Shown here in pieces: positions 17,018 to 27,220 of a DNA stretch of 64,000 nt; positions within the stretch are counted from its first letter, which is position 1; each line of letters opens with the position of its first letter. This DNA is from Terriglobia bacterium (lineage in GTDB: Bacteria > Acidobacteriota > Terriglobia > 20CM-2-55-15), in assembly GCA_965198225.1 (NCBI GenBank), contig CBDAOY010000009.1, positions 192,001-256,000 on the forward strand. Direction: 5' to 3'. The position numbers were made by a program, and so were the translations under genes. The notes beneath the pieces were generated by a model that ran no database searches, was not told where the DNA came from, and worked only from the letters and a program-made list of their open reading frames with translations.

Positions 17018-19795
17018 CTACTGGTCTTGCCGGCCACCCTCCAGGGTCACAGGCTCGGCACGACCGTAGTAGATGCCGTTGAAGAGGAACTTGAAGGTTC
17101 CGTGTGGTTGCGCGCGGAACACGACTTCGGGACCGAACAGGAAAAGCTTTCCCCGGCCGACGTTCGCGTCTATGACTGCGATCGTATCCTCCAGGTAGCC
17201 TTCTCCCCAGGCCCATCCGCTGCGGAGCGAATCCGGGCCGAACCACGCGACGGCTTCGACTCCCTGCTTGGCGGCACCGGGATCCAGCCGGAACGCCTGG
17301 CTTCTCTGGAAGAACAGGTCGACTTCAGAGGGCAGCCCGAACGCCAGCGGGTTGGAGTTGTCGACCTGCGCCCGAAGGACGGACCCCGGCACGTAGAACT
17401 TCTCCCGTGGCAGCGGGCGCTCCCCCCCGTCAGGCAGCTTCTCGACGAGTGCGTCGGAAATGGGCAACCCGAGGTGCTGGGCCAGGATTGTCGAATCTCC
17501 GATCGCCAGCACCGTGCCGCCGGCCTCGAGGAACTCTTTGATCCTGGGAACGGTCTGGCTGACGGTCACGGCACCGAGGGAGTCCTCGTACTCTTCGGGC
17601 AGAAGCTCGGGGGGGTCGCCCTCGCTCGGGTCCCGGGCGGGAATGCCCCCGTCGACAAAAATCAGGACATCGAATCGCTCCGACAGGTTTTCTTCGTCGA
17701 GCGCCTGCGCATAGACGACCTCGTGCGGAAACTCGAAGTTCTCCAGCATGAAACGCGTCCAGCCGGACGGCATCGAGCCGCCGTACCGATCCCACAAACC
17801 GACACGCAGGCTGCGCAGCATCAGCGCGTCGCTCTCCGGCTCCGACGCCGTCGCCTCGAAGTTCAGACCGACCTCATCCGCGAGTGCGGCCAGCTTGTCG
17901 GCGGTTCCCGCCTTCGCGCGGATATACATGGTGCCCATCGGATAGGTCTTCCCGTTCGCCGCGACGGGCTCTCGCAACCAGTAGACATCTTCGTTTCCAC
18001 CGGTCAGCCGGTTTACGGCGACGAAAGCGTCGTTGACCGCATGGGTCAGGAAAAAGCCGGAGGCATTGTTCAACTCTGTAATGCGGCCCGAGGGCGCTTC
18101 GGCAAAACCTTCGATCTTCTCGAAAGGCCCGTCAAACCCCTCCATGATCCGATCGAATTCCACACCCATCTGGTAGATCAGGGTCCATCCGGTCGTGTCG
18201 TAGGGCGGTGTCGGGGGAGCTCCCGGAAAAGCGAAGTCGTTCGGGTAGTCCTGCGGCTCGAACATGTCGAGCACATGGGGCCGGAAAGCCTGGGCCGCTT
18301 TGACGACGTATGACCCGGCGGGGTAGCTCTTTCCGTCGACCTCGAAATCAGCTGTCGCACGGTGGATGGCGACGCCGTTTTTGATCAGGACGTTGACGAA
18401 CTTCGTCGCGGTAAGGAAGTCGGCCTGGTCGGCCGCGATGATGTAGCCGCGCGGGTCGCGCAGCTCCGGATCGCGCATCATCTGGTAATAGCGGCTAAGG
18501 TCCGGACCTCCGCCGCGCCCGCCACGGCCTCCGCGCTGAACCTCATCGGCATCCATCTGGGCTTCGACCCGGGCCACACGATCGGGACTGATCGTCCAGC
18601 TGTCGCGGTTCCCGCGCTCGATCGAATTCATTCCCATCCGCCATATGTTGAACAGGAGGGTGTCGCGGTTGCGCGACGCGTAGTCGAGGACGGCTCGATT
18701 CGCGGTGATCGAATAGTCGATCGACTGGCGGAAATGCCACGTCTGCGGGGCGATCGGGGCGGGATAGTCGCCTTTCGGCAACTGCTTCTCGACGACGAAC
18801 GGGATCTCCATCGGAGTGGGGTTGCCGATCGTTTCGGTCAGCAATCCGATCATGTTGTGGAAATACGGACTGGTGCGCAGCCCGCCGTTCCACCAGGTCG
18901 AATAGGTCGCTCCCGAACGCATCGTCGCGCCCGGCTTGCCTTCGGCCAGAAACCGGCTGTGCATCGCACCTGCGACCTGGTCAAGGCTCGTAACCACGAG
19001 GGGGTCGTAGTTGTAGTTGAAGGGATCGCGGAATGGCGGAGCGAACAGAACAGTACCCCGGGGACCTGTCTGGTGGTGATTGTAGACGATCTGGGGGAAC
19101 CACTCGCGGTAGAGAATCCGGTTGATGGCTTCCGATTCGGGTTGGGACGACATGTAGAAATCCCGGTTGTTATCGTGCCCGGTGTACTTCTGGTAGAGGC
19201 GCGGCAGTCCGGAAGTGGAACGTTCCTCCGGCACCGGGTTCCGCATGTACCAGTTCGAAACCAGCTCCAGGCCGTCGGGGTTTACGCATGTCGCCAGGAC
19301 GATCGTGTCGCGGAGGAAGCGCATGGTCTCGTCGTCGGTCCGGCTGACCAACTGGTACACCAGCTCCATCAGCTGCTGGGCTCCGAGCACCTCGGTGGCA
19401 TGCAGCCCGCCGTCGATCCATACCACCGGCTTGCCCTCGACCGACAGCTCGCGTGCTTCCCCCTCGCTGACGCCTTCGGCCAGGGCGAGGCGGCGGGAGA
19501 TTTCCTTGTAACGATCCAGATTGGGTTGGTTTTCCGCTGCCGTGATCGTCGCCATGTATATCGGCCGCCCCTCGGCGGTGTTGCCGATGACCTCCAGCCT
19601 CATCCGGTCGGACTCCTCGGCCAGCCTCTGCCAGTAGGCTTCGAGCTGCGTGTAGTTCGCCAGCTGGTAGTCGTCCCCGAGATTGAAACCGAACTCCTCG
19701 AGCGGTGTCGTGATGGTCTGGGCCGAGGCGCCGGTCACAAGAAGCATCAGGACGAGAGGCAGGACGGTCGACAGACGATTCGTTTGAGAAAACAT
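17018..19795 (-). CDS. Secreted M14 family zinc carboxypeptidase with C-terminal GATase-like domain
   Basis: GGLHATE (HxxE), VNPDG, HDNNRD, YNHHQ. Confidence 0.92.
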   Translation of the reverse strand: MFSQTNRLSTVLPLVLMLLVTGASAQTITTPLEEFGFNLGDDYQLANYTQLEAYWQRLAEESDRMRLEVIGNTAEGRPIYMATITAAENQPNLDRYKEISRRLALAEGVSEGEARELSVEGKPVVWIDGGLHATEVLGAQQLMELVYQLVSRTDDETMRFLRDTIVLATCVNPDGLELVSNWYMRNPVPEERSTSGLPRLYQKYTGHDNNRDFYMSSQPESEAINRILYREWFPQIVYNHHQTGPRGTVLFAPPFRDPFNYNYDPLVVTSLDQVAGAMHSRFLAEGKPGATMRSGATYSTWWNGGLRTSPYFHNMIGLLTETIGNPTPMEIPFVVEKQLPKGDYPAPIAPQTWHFRQSIDYSITANRAVLDYASRNRDTLLFNIWRMGMNSIERGNRDSWTISPDRVARVEAQMDADEVQRGGRGGRGGGPDLSRYYQMMRDPELRDPRGYIIAADQADFLTATKFVNVLIKNGVAIHRATADFEVDGKSYPAGSYVVKAAQAFRPHVLDMFEPQDYPNDFAFPGAPPTPPYDTTGWTLIYQMGVEFDRIMEGFDGPFEKIEGFAEAPSGRITELNNASGFFLTHAVNDAFVAVNRLTGGNEDVYWLREPVAANGKTYPMGTMYIRAKAGTADKLAALADEVGLNFEATASEPESDALMLRSLRVGLWDRYGGSMPSGWTRFMLENFEFPHEVVYAQALDEENLSERFDVLIFVDGGIPARDPSEGDPPELLPEEYEDSLGAVTVSQTVPRIKEFLEAGGTVLAIGDSTILAQHLGLPISDALVEKLPDGGERPLPREKFYVPGSVLRAQVDNSNPLAFGLPSEVDLFFQRSQAFRLDPGAAKQGVEAVAWFGPDSLRSGWAWGEGYLEDTIAVIDANVGRGKLFLFGPEVVFRAQPHGTFKFLFNGIYYGRAEPVTLEGGRQDQ

Positions 19796-19965
19796 GGATC
19801 CCCCTTGGATGTTGCGGAAAGGACGTATCGGTGAAGTACATAATTGTAAGGCAGGAAGTGACGAGAGACGAGTGACAAGTGGAGGGAAGACTGGCTAGCG
19901 GCCAGTCTTCCGTAGGCCGTTGCCCGTAGGCCGTTGTTGTCGGACGGTCTACCAAATCCGGCACT

Positions 19966-20240
19966 CTAGTGACCTGTAACAATGCTATCGGTACCAGCGT
20001 TCGGCGGAACGGCGTCGGATTCTAGGAGTGACGCTCGAGCCAATGCTGTTTCATTGCGAGGGCGTTACGATACCGAAGACGGCGCCGTTCCGCCGAACCC
20101 TTCGGGCCGATGGGGGTTGCGGGCGATCTCTTTGTCGGAAGCCGTCACCGATGAAGGAGCATCGCTTTCCGTCTCCCTCCTCGACCTCGCCCGCAAGACC
20201 CATCGGCGATGGTGCCGATAGCACTGTTACAGGCCACTAA
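19966..20240 (+). mobile_element. MITE copy 3 (275 bp)
   Basis: ctagtgacctgtaacaatgctatcggtacca ... tggtgccgatagcactgttacaggccactaa. Confidence 0.9.
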
Positions 20241-20290
20241 TGAGTGATCACTGACGACTCGGTCCGCTAGTTGTGTTAAAAAAGCGGGTC

Positions 20291-20617
20291 ATGCCCTTTG
20301 ATCCGGCGCTGCGCCACCTGATCGCAAACTTCCGTCGGTCCCCCGCCTGGGACCAGGAGCTGGACCTGCGGCTGCTGCGGGCGCTGTGGCCGAAGATCGT
20401 CGGGCCAGCCCTGGGACAATCAACAATGTACCGAAACGCCACATCCTCGTACGTCGCTCGGATCGACGGGGCAAGGGTCGTCATCCGGGTGCCGGATCAG
20501 ACCTGGGAGAAACAGCTTCGGTCGATCCGCTCCAGGCTGATCCGGAAGATAAACGAGCCTTGGCCCAATACCTGGATCACGGAGATTGGATTCATCCATG
20601 AAAATAAGCGCAACTGA
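20291..20617 (+). CDS. DUF721/DciA family protein
   Basis: WPKIVG...VVIRVPDQTWEKQL...LIRKIN...ITEIGF. Confidence 0.75.
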   Translation: MPFDPALRHLIANFRRSPAWDQELDLRLLRALWPKIVGPALGQSTMYRNATSSYVARIDGARVVIRVPDQTWEKQLRSIRSRLIRKINEPWPNTWITEIGFIHENKRN

Positions 20618-20879
20618 CGTCGAGTACGTCGCCCAACTGGCGAACCTCGAAGTCGAGGATGACGAGAAACAACGACTGGCGGACCAGTTGAGCCGAATCG
20701 TCGACTACGTCGAGCAACTCGAGGGCCTCGACACGGAACACGTCGAGCCCACCTCCCAGGTGAACGCCGAAGTCCCGCATGTCGTTCGCGAAGACCGGGT
20801 CGAACCCCGTACCGGAAGCTCCGAAGCAGCCACCAGAGTCGGCCTGTTCAAGGTGCCCCGGGTGATCACCGAGCGATGA
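20598..20879 (+). CDS. gatC: Asp/Glu-tRNA amidotransferase subunit C
   Basis: [15 protein letters not shown]...VEPTS...REDRV...FKVPRVI; overlaps the gatA start. Confidence 0.95.
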   Translation: MKISATDVEYVAQLANLEVEDDEKQRLADQLSRIVDYVEQLEGLDTEHVEPTSQVNAEVPHVVREDRVEPRTGSSEAATRVGLFKVPRVITER

Positions 20880-22330
20880 AGCTGAGGGACCTCACGATCG
20901 ACGAGCTCGGCGCTCTCTACCGGAATCGGGAGGTTGGGGTCACCGAGGTCGTCGGGGCTCTGTACGAGGAAATCGATCAGGTCGACGACGATCTCCACGT
21001 CTATCTCACGACCTGCCGGGAGGCGGCGCTGGGGGAGGCCAGGCGTGTCGATGAGAAGATCGAGGCGCTTGAGGCCGGGGAATCTCTACCGCCGCTTGCC
21101 GGGATCCCCGTCGCCGTCAAGGACAACATGGCAATCCGAGATGTCCGGACGACGTGCGGTTCCCGCATACTCGAAGACTACCTACCACCGTATACGTCAA
21201 CCGCGGTCGAGCGGCTGCGCGACGCAGGTGCGATCGTCGTCGGCAAAACCAATATGGATGAGTTCGCGATGGGCTCATCGACCGAGAACTCCGGTTTCTC
21301 TCCCACCCGCAACCCGCATGATCGCGACCGCGTCCCGGGAGGGTCGAGCGGCGGTTCGGCCGCCGGCGTCGCGGCAGGTCTCTCGCTGGTCTCGCTGGGT
21401 TCCGATACCGGAGGGTCGATCCGTCAGCCGGCCTCGTTCTGTGGAGTCGTCGGTCTGAAACCGACGTACGGCCGGGTCTCCCGCTACGGCCTTGTCGCTT
21501 TCGCGTCGTCGTTGGATCAGATCGGTCCGCTTTCAAAGACAGTCCGCGAATCGGCCCAATTGCTCGGAGCCATATCGGGTTTCGATCCACTCGATTCCAC
21601 GTCCGCTGACGTTCCGACCGATGAATGGACTGCATCTCTGGAAGAAAAGGTCGACCGAACCCGGATCGGAATCCCGAAGGAGTATTTCATCGAGGGTCTC
21701 GATGCCGAGGTGAAGGATCAGGTGGAGAAGGGGATCAAGCTGTTGGAAGCAATCGGTTGCCGTGTGGAGGAAGTCAGCCTCCCTCACACCGAATTCGCCG
21801 TTGCGACCTACTACCTGATCGCCACGGCCGAAGCCAGTTCCAACCTGGCACGCTACGACGGCGTGCGGTACGGGCTCCGTGTGTCGGAGGGTGGCGGCCT
21901 TCAGGAGATGTACCGCCGCACGCGGATGAGCGGTTTCGGCGCGGAAGTCAAACGGCGCATCCTCCTGGGTACCTACGCGCTGAGCGCCGGATACTATGAC
22001 GCGTACTATCTCAAGGCACAGAAGGTCAGAACGCTCATACTGCGCGACTTTCGGGAAGCCTTCGAGAAAGTCGACCTGATCGTCACCCCGACGGCCCCCA
22101 CGACCGCCTTCAAGATCGGCGAGAAGACCGACGACCCTCTGGCGATGTACCTTTCCGACATTTTTACCATCACCTGTAACCTTGCCGGCCTGCCCGGCAT
22201 CTCCGTGCCGTGCGGCAAGGATTCGGCTGGAATGCCTGTCGGCATGCAATTGATAGGGAACCACTTCCGTGAAGATCAGGTGCTTCGGACCGCACACCAC
22301 TTTGAAGAAGCCGGTGGTTTCGGACAATAG
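20876..22330 (+). CDS. gatA: Asp/Glu-tRNA amidotransferase subunit A
   Basis: [54 protein letters not shown]. Confidence 0.98.
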   Translation: MKLRDLTIDELGALYRNREVGVTEVVGALYEEIDQVDDDLHVYLTTCREAALGEARRVDEKIEALEAGESLPPLAGIPVAVKDNMAIRDVRTTCGSRILEDYLPPYTSTAVERLRDAGAIVVGKTNMDEFAMGSSTENSGFSPTRNPHDRDRVPGGSSGGSAAGVAAGLSLVSLGSDTGGSIRQPASFCGVVGLKPTYGRVSRYGLVAFASSLDQIGPLSKTVRESAQLLGAISGFDPLDSTSADVPTDEWTASLEEKVDRTRIGIPKEYFIEGLDAEVKDQVEKGIKLLEAIGCRVEEVSLPHTEFAVATYYLIATAEASSNLARYDGVRYGLRVSEGGGLQEMYRRTRMSGFGAEVKRRILLGTYALSAGYYDAYYLKAQKVRTLILRDFREAFEKVDLIVTPTAPTTAFKIGEKTDDPLAMYLSDIFTITCNLAGLPGISVPCGKDSAGMPVGMQLIGNHFREDQVLRTAHHFEEAGGFGQ

Positions 22331-22435
22331 TGGCAAATATGAGGGTTCCTTGATTTCCCTCTTGTTTTCTTCGCACCTGGAGACGAAAAGTAGGAGAATC
22401 GAAGGTACCCCACTTTCGGGATAGGAGAATATCGG

Positions 22436-23038
22436 ATGATCCGTCAGTCGCAGTCCAAGACAACCACACCCTCGGGAACGACCTGGGCCGTTCTGCTAAT
22501 CGGGGCGCTCCTTTTGTCACCGGTCACGCTTGGCGCTCAGTCGGCTTCCAAGATCGGGGTCATCAATCTTGCGCAGGCCGTCGAAACAAGCGCCGAAGGC
22601 CGACAGGCCGCCGAGCAATGGACGGCCCGGATGACGGAACGAACCGCCGAGATCCAGGCCAAGCAGCAGGAGTTGGTTGCCGCGCAGCAGCAAGTGCAAA
22701 CGCCCGAACCGGGAGCCTCGGAAGCACAACTGCTTATGCTGAACCGCAACATCGAGCGGATGACAACCGACCTGAACCGGCTGAACGAAGACGTCGACCT
22801 CGAGTTGAACGCGCTTCGACAGGAACTTCTGATTCCGATCACCGCGAAGGTCGATCAGGCCATAGCGGTCTATGCCCAGGAAAACGGTTTTACGCTGATC
22901 ATCGACTCGTCCAACCCGCAGAGCGGCCTGCTTTTTGTAGAGGACATCGCGGATATCACGACGGAGATCATCCGCCGCGTGGATGCCATGTCGGCGGAGC
23001 CTCCGCCTCCTGGACCGGGCCCCGGACCCCACCGCTAG
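22436..23038 (+). CDS. skp: OmpH/Skp periplasmic chaperone
   Basis: Signal peptide, KIGVIN, coiled coil, ENGFTLIID, ADITTEII. Confidence 0.88.
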   Translation: MIRQSQSKTTTPSGTTWAVLLIGALLLSPVTLGAQSASKIGVINLAQAVETSAEGRQAAEQWTARMTERTAEIQAKQQELVAAQQQVQTPEPGASEAQLLMLNRNIERMTTDLNRLNEDVDLELNALRQELLIPITAKVDQAIAVYAQENGFTLIIDSSNPQSGLLFVEDIADITTEIIRRVDAMSAEPPPPGPGPGPHR

Positions 23039-23092
23039 TTTGACCCGTTGGCCGCTGCGTTCCGAGTGCCCATTACCGACTGCTGAGACTCT

Positions 23093-24277
23093 ATGCTGCG
23101 ACTAGCCCTTGTCCTTGCCACGCTCACCGTGGCCGCCTGCGGCGGAAACGAACCTACGGAAATTCCGGAATTGCCGCCGGTTGCAGAGAGCGCTCCCACC
23201 TCGGTCGGTGGAGCTCCGGATTACCGCGTGATCGACGTGTCCGGCGGAGGGCGCATAGGGGGCACGATCCTGGTGTCCGGCGGGATCCCATCACTGCCCG
23301 TCCGTGATGTCAACCGCGACCCTGAGGTCTGCGGTGGAGACGATCGCGAACCGCTCGAGCTCATCGTTGCCGAAGAGGGAGGCCTGGCAAATGTCGTGGT
23401 ACTGCTGGAAGGCATCACCGAAGGCAAGCCGATGCCGGAACCGGAAGCTGGATGGAGGATCAATCAGTCGGGATGCGACTATTCCCCTCACGTCCAGGTC
23501 GTGCCGACAAACGTGAACTTCAGCATCGTCAACAGCGACCCGATACTCCACAACATCCACACCTACCTGAACGATGAAACGGAGTTCAACATCGCCCAGC
23601 CGGTTCAGAACCAGACCAACACGCACACCTTCACGACGGCCGGCTTCGTCTACACCGAATGCGATATCCATTCCTGGATGCAGGCGCACATCGTCGCGGT
23701 GGACAGCCCTTACTTTGCAATCACCGATGACACCGGCAGTTTCCTGATCGACGGTGTTCCTCCCGGAACCTACACAGCCCGGATCTGGCACGAGTTTCTC
23801 GGTGAACGAACGGCTGAAGTCACAGTTTCGCGCCGCGCTGATACCACCCTGGACGCGGACCTCCGGGACCTGCTCGACGAGAGGATGCCACCACCCGTCA
23901 CGGCGGCACCGCCGGAAACGGGCCCCACGGAACCCGCGGACGGCCCCGCTGCGGCCGAACCCGCCGTCGTGATCGTTGAAATGCAGAGTCAGGGATCGCG
24001 CTTTCAGTTCGTCCCGGCGGAAATCACGATTACAGTCGGTACCACGGTGCAGTGGGTCAACACATCCCGAAACCGCCACTCCTCTACGACCGATCCCCAG
24101 TTCGAGAAGCAAACGGGACAAGCCATCCTGCCTCCTGGTGTCGAGCCGTGGGCTTCGGTGTTTTTGGGCAACGGTCAGACCTTCCAGAGGACCTTCGACA
24201 CCCCCGGTGAATACCGCTACTTCTGCCGGAACCATGAACAGTTCGGTATGGTGGGGACGATAACCGTCGAGCCCTAG
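23093..24277 (+). CDS. Lipoprotein with two cupredoxin-like domains and a carboxypeptidase-regulatory-like domain
   Basis: Lipobox VAAC; HN...CDIHSWM; H...CRNHEQFGM. Confidence 0.8.
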   Translation: MLRLALVLATLTVAACGGNEPTEIPELPPVAESAPTSVGGAPDYRVIDVSGGGRIGGTILVSGGIPSLPVRDVNRDPEVCGGDDREPLELIVAEEGGLANVVVLLEGITEGKPMPEPEAGWRINQSGCDYSPHVQVVPTNVNFSIVNSDPILHNIHTYLNDETEFNIAQPVQNQTNTHTFTTAGFVYTECDIHSWMQAHIVAVDSPYFAITDDTGSFLIDGVPPGTYTARIWHEFLGERTAEVTVSRRADTTLDADLRDLLDERMPPPVTAAPPETGPTEPADGPAAAEPAVVIVEMQSQGSRFQFVPAEITITVGTTVQWVNTSRNRHSSTTDPQFEKQTGQAILPPGVEPWASVFLGNGQTFQRTFDTPGEYRYFCRNHEQFGMVGTITVEP

Positions 24278-24375
24278 GACAACTGGTACGCAAAGATCGA
24301 TTCTGTCCGAAAGCCCCTTTTTGGAATCGGTTTGGTCACCTCCCGGCCTCCACGTATCCCGGGTAGGCCAAGCGT

Positions 24376-24443
24376 GCCTTCGCGAGTATCAAGCCGATCA
24401 AGCGACGGGCCTCGGCACCCGGCTTTTCGGCAGCCTGTTATGT
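24376..24443 (+). other. Degenerate attC-like site
   Basis: tcaagccg (24389) can pair with cggctttt (24420); ends in core GTTATGT (24437); inverse core degenerate. Confidence 0.45.
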
Positions 24444-24466
24444 GTCAATGCAATACGAGATAAAGA

Positions 24467-24925
24467 ATGGGCAAAGACTCTAGTGTTTCCAGAAAGATCA
24501 AGAATCCGGAAGTCGCTGCTGTTTTTAGATCTTATCCAAGAAATACGAGAGCGAAATTAATGTTTCTTCGCCAATTGATATTCGATACCGCAGCGGAAAC
24601 AGAAGGTGTCGGAGAATTGGAAGAGACTCTTAAATGGGGAGAGCCAAGCTATTTAACCCCGAAAACAAAAAGTGGGAGTACTGTCAGAATAGATTGGAAA
24701 GAATCTCAAGATGGGCAGTACGCAATCTACTTTAAATGCACAAGTCATCTGGTCCCAACATTTAGAGAAAGATATCCAACGGAATTTAAGTATGGAGGAA
24801 GTAGAAGCATTATTTTCTACGAGGACGATGAAATTCCTGTAAGAGAACTAAAGGATTGTATTGCCTTAGCCTTAACTTACCATCTCAATAAAAAACTAAC
24901 GAAGCGTGCAAATCGGACGAATTAG
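24467..24925 (+). CDS. DUF1801 (YdhG-like) protein, AT-rich integron gene cassette
   Basis: LEETLKWGEPSY...SGSTVRIDW...ALALTYHL; markedly AT-rich; flanked by attC-like sites. Confidence 0.9.
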   Translation: MGKDSSVSRKIKNPEVAAVFRSYPRNTRAKLMFLRQLIFDTAAETEGVGELEETLKWGEPSYLTPKTKSGSTVRIDWKESQDGQYAIYFKCTSHLVPTFRERYPTEFKYGGSRSIIFYEDDEIPVRELKDCIALALTYHLNKKLTKRANRTN

Positions 24926-24929
24926 GATC

Positions 24930-25047
24930 ACACAACAATCGCGTGCAAGGGATCTTCCCCCGCGCCTTTTGCGAAAATCTTATGTGGACCGATCGTCGGG
25001 CCTTCCAGGTTCGTCGCCTGTCAAGACCCCTGATACAGGAGTCAGCG
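24930..25047 (+). other. attC-like recombination site
   Basis: R'' ACACAAC 4 nt after the stop, then aatcg-cgtgcaagggatctt ... aagacccctga, ending in degenerate core gtcagcg. Confidence 0.6.
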
Positions 25048-25118
25048 GAAGTTAAGAGTCGCTCGTGAACCGGAGGTCGAAGCTTGCGGAACCAAAGAAC
25101 TCAAATATAGACGAATCG

Positions 25119-25955
25119 ATGACGAATAAGATGTACGCGGCTGACGTGAGTCAGATTCTCGCTACGCGTCATGACAACGGCGCAGACTATTGGGCAACCC
25201 CGGACGGGCGGATTGGCGTGGGCGGCCCTTTCAGTACCCTTGATTCGCTGCTCATTCTCAGTGAGCTCGGAGTGCCGAAGTCTCACGAAGGGCTCAAGGG
25301 CGCTGCAGAGCTTGTCCTCGATGCGTGCGGAGAAGATGGTCGTGTGCGTGTCGCGCCGAAGGGCACGATCTACCCATGCCATACTGCCATCGTCGCCGCA
25401 GCGCTCTGCCGCAACGGCTATACACGTGACAAGCGAGTGAAGGCAATGCTCGAACACCTGTTGTCAAACCGATTCGAAGACGGCGGCTGGCGGTGCATGA
25501 AGTTTTCCGGCGGACGAGGCCCCGAAACCGACTACTCCAACCCTGGTGTCACTCTTTTTGCTTTAGACGCTTTTCGATGTGCTGGGATGAACGAGGGCTC
25601 TCGAGACCTTAACCGGGCCGTCGAGACGCTCCTCGATCACTGGAGGGTTCGCGGGCCGACGGGGCCCTGTCACTTCGGTATCGGTACGCTGTTCATGCAG
25701 ATAGAGTACCCGTTCCTGCGGTACAACCTCTTCTACTACACTTACGTCCTTTCCTTTTACGCTAAAGCACGCAGGGACAAGCGGTTCAAGGAAGCGCTTG
25801 TAACGTTGAAAGAGAAGCTGGACGACCGAGGCCGAGTGGTCGTTGAGAGGCCGAATCGAAAGCTGGCCAAACTGAAGTTCTGCAGGAGGGGTAAGCCCTC
25901 CCAAGCGGCCACGAAACGCTATCGTGAAATAGTCGTGAACATCGAAGGGCGATGA
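25119..25955 (+). CDS. Prenyltransferase/squalene-cyclase-like alpha-barrel hypothetical protein
   Basis: YPCHT, EDGGWRC, GPCHFGIGTLFMQIEYPFLRYNLFYY. Confidence 0.7.
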   Translation: MTNKMYAADVSQILATRHDNGADYWATPDGRIGVGGPFSTLDSLLILSELGVPKSHEGLKGAAELVLDACGEDGRVRVAPKGTIYPCHTAIVAAALCRNGYTRDKRVKAMLEHLLSNRFEDGGWRCMKFSGGRGPETDYSNPGVTLFALDAFRCAGMNEGSRDLNRAVETLLDHWRVRGPTGPCHFGIGTLFMQIEYPFLRYNLFYYTYVLSFYAKARRDKRFKEALVTLKEKLDDRGRVVVERPNRKLAKLKFCRRGKPSQAATKRYREIVVNIEGR

Positions 25956-26045
25956 CTTCCGAACCGTCCGATAGAGAGTAGGGAGTCGCCCGCGTCACAA
26001 GTGAAATAGCTGAAGAACGAAATAGGGAAATGGGGGCTCTGCCCC

Positions 26046-27125
26046 CTAATTCCCAACTCCGTTTAAAAGGTCATAGGCGCGCAGGACGGCCCGGGGGTCC
26101 ACTCCGGGGCCCTGGATGTTAGGGTAGAACCGGGTGTGCGCGGTCAGGTCCACGCGTCCGGCAGCGTCCTCGGCGGACACTCCCGCGGAATGGAGACGTC
26201 GAAGCTGGTTCCAGAGGTCGGTCAGGTAGGACTTGTAGTGCTCGATCTTCGCCTTCCCTTCAAACGGCGCTCCGTGACCGGGCAAGGCTGTGACGAAATC
26301 CAGCCCCGCGAGGGCGTCGAGCGTTTCGACCCATTCGTTCAGGTACCCGTCTCCCATGAATGAAGGGTTCGGTCCCAACAGGTCACCGGTACAAACGATG
26401 CGTTCTTCGGGAAGGTAGACGACGACGTCGCCACCCGTGTGCCCCCGTCCCAGGAAGTGCAACTGAATCTCGCGGCCGCCGCGGTAGAGGGTCATCCGCC
26501 GCTCCAGCGTGAGGTTCGGGGGCGTGGGGACAACTTCCTCGAGTGCCGCCCAATAGTTCTCCTGGACCATCAGCCGGTCTTCCAGCCCGGACCGGGCGCC
26601 AGCGTCGGTTTCCTCCGCAATCTGCTCTTTCAAGGAATCGATCTGGCCCGGGATGCCGGACGTGAAGGATTGGTAGGTTCGCTCCTCGAGGACGTTTCCT
26701 TCGAGCTTTTCCCGGGTGAACACGTGTCCGATGACTTCGACGTCGGCCGGAAAGATCTGGTTCCCGTGTGCGTGGTCGAAATGATAGTGGGTGTTGACCA
26801 CGTAGCGTACCGGCTTGTCCGTGATCGCCTTAAGCTCGTCGAGGAGCACCCATGCTGCCGCCGCCGTGATATGGGAGTCGACAAGCATGACGTCGCTCTC
26901 GTTGATGATCACGACCGAATTCGTGCCCACGTTCAGCGCTCCAGTTCCGCGCGCGTGGTAGATGCCGTCCACGATCTCGGTGAACCGGAACGCCGGACCG
27001 TCGTGCAGCGTTCCCGCCGGTCGCGGCAACGTTTGCTCGGCTTCGGACAATCCCTCAGCCCCATTACTCGTGCAACCGGTCAGGCCCAGCAGAATAATGA
27101 GCGATACAAAAACGGGTCGATTCAT
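26046..27125 (-). CDS. MBL-fold metallo-hydrolase lipoprotein
   Basis: Lipobox LTGC; THYHFDHAHGN, GHTGGD, TGD, PGHG. Confidence 0.92.
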   Translation of the reverse strand: MNRPVFVSLIILLGLTGCTSNGAEGLSEAEQTLPRPAGTLHDGPAFRFTEIVDGIYHARGTGALNVGTNSVVIINESDVMLVDSHITAAAAWVLLDELKAITDKPVRYVVNTHYHFDHAHGNQIFPADVEVIGHVFTREKLEGNVLEERTYQSFTSGIPGQIDSLKEQIAEETDAGARSGLEDRLMVQENYWAALEEVVPTPPNLTLERRMTLYRGGREIQLHFLGRGHTGGDVVVYLPEERIVCTGDLLGPNPSFMGDGYLNEWVETLDALAGLDFVTALPGHGAPFEGKAKIEHYKSYLTDLWNQLRRLHSAGVSAEDAAGRVDLTAHTRFYPNIQGPGVDPRAVLRAYDLLNGVGN

Positions 27126-27183
27126 AGCCCCTCCTCGTGACGAAGATCGCGACTAATATATAGCCCTCTGCTGGAAACGTATA

Positions 27184-27208
27184 CTAGTAGCCTGTAACAG
27201 GCCACCAG
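27184..27208. mobile_element. Ends-only (collapsed) copy of the MITE
   Basis: ctagtagcctgtaacaggccaccag is the left TIR tip joined to the right TIR tip. Confidence 0.65.
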
Positions 27209-27220
27209 TGCTCAAAGCGC

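Noticed and set aside
17000-19834. 437-aa and 490-aa + strand ORFs
   Set aside because: Antisense to the M14 peptidase, which is typical of high-GC DNA.
19855-19935. Short heptamer-like repeats (gacgaga/gacgagt, ccgtagg/ccgttg)
   Set aside because: Low-complexity intergenic repeats with too few units to support a function.
10406-20240. Repeated small ORFs (MLSVPAFGG.., MLFHCEGV..) as a peptide family
   Set aside because: They are translations of the MITE copies, with no RBS or independent coding evidence.
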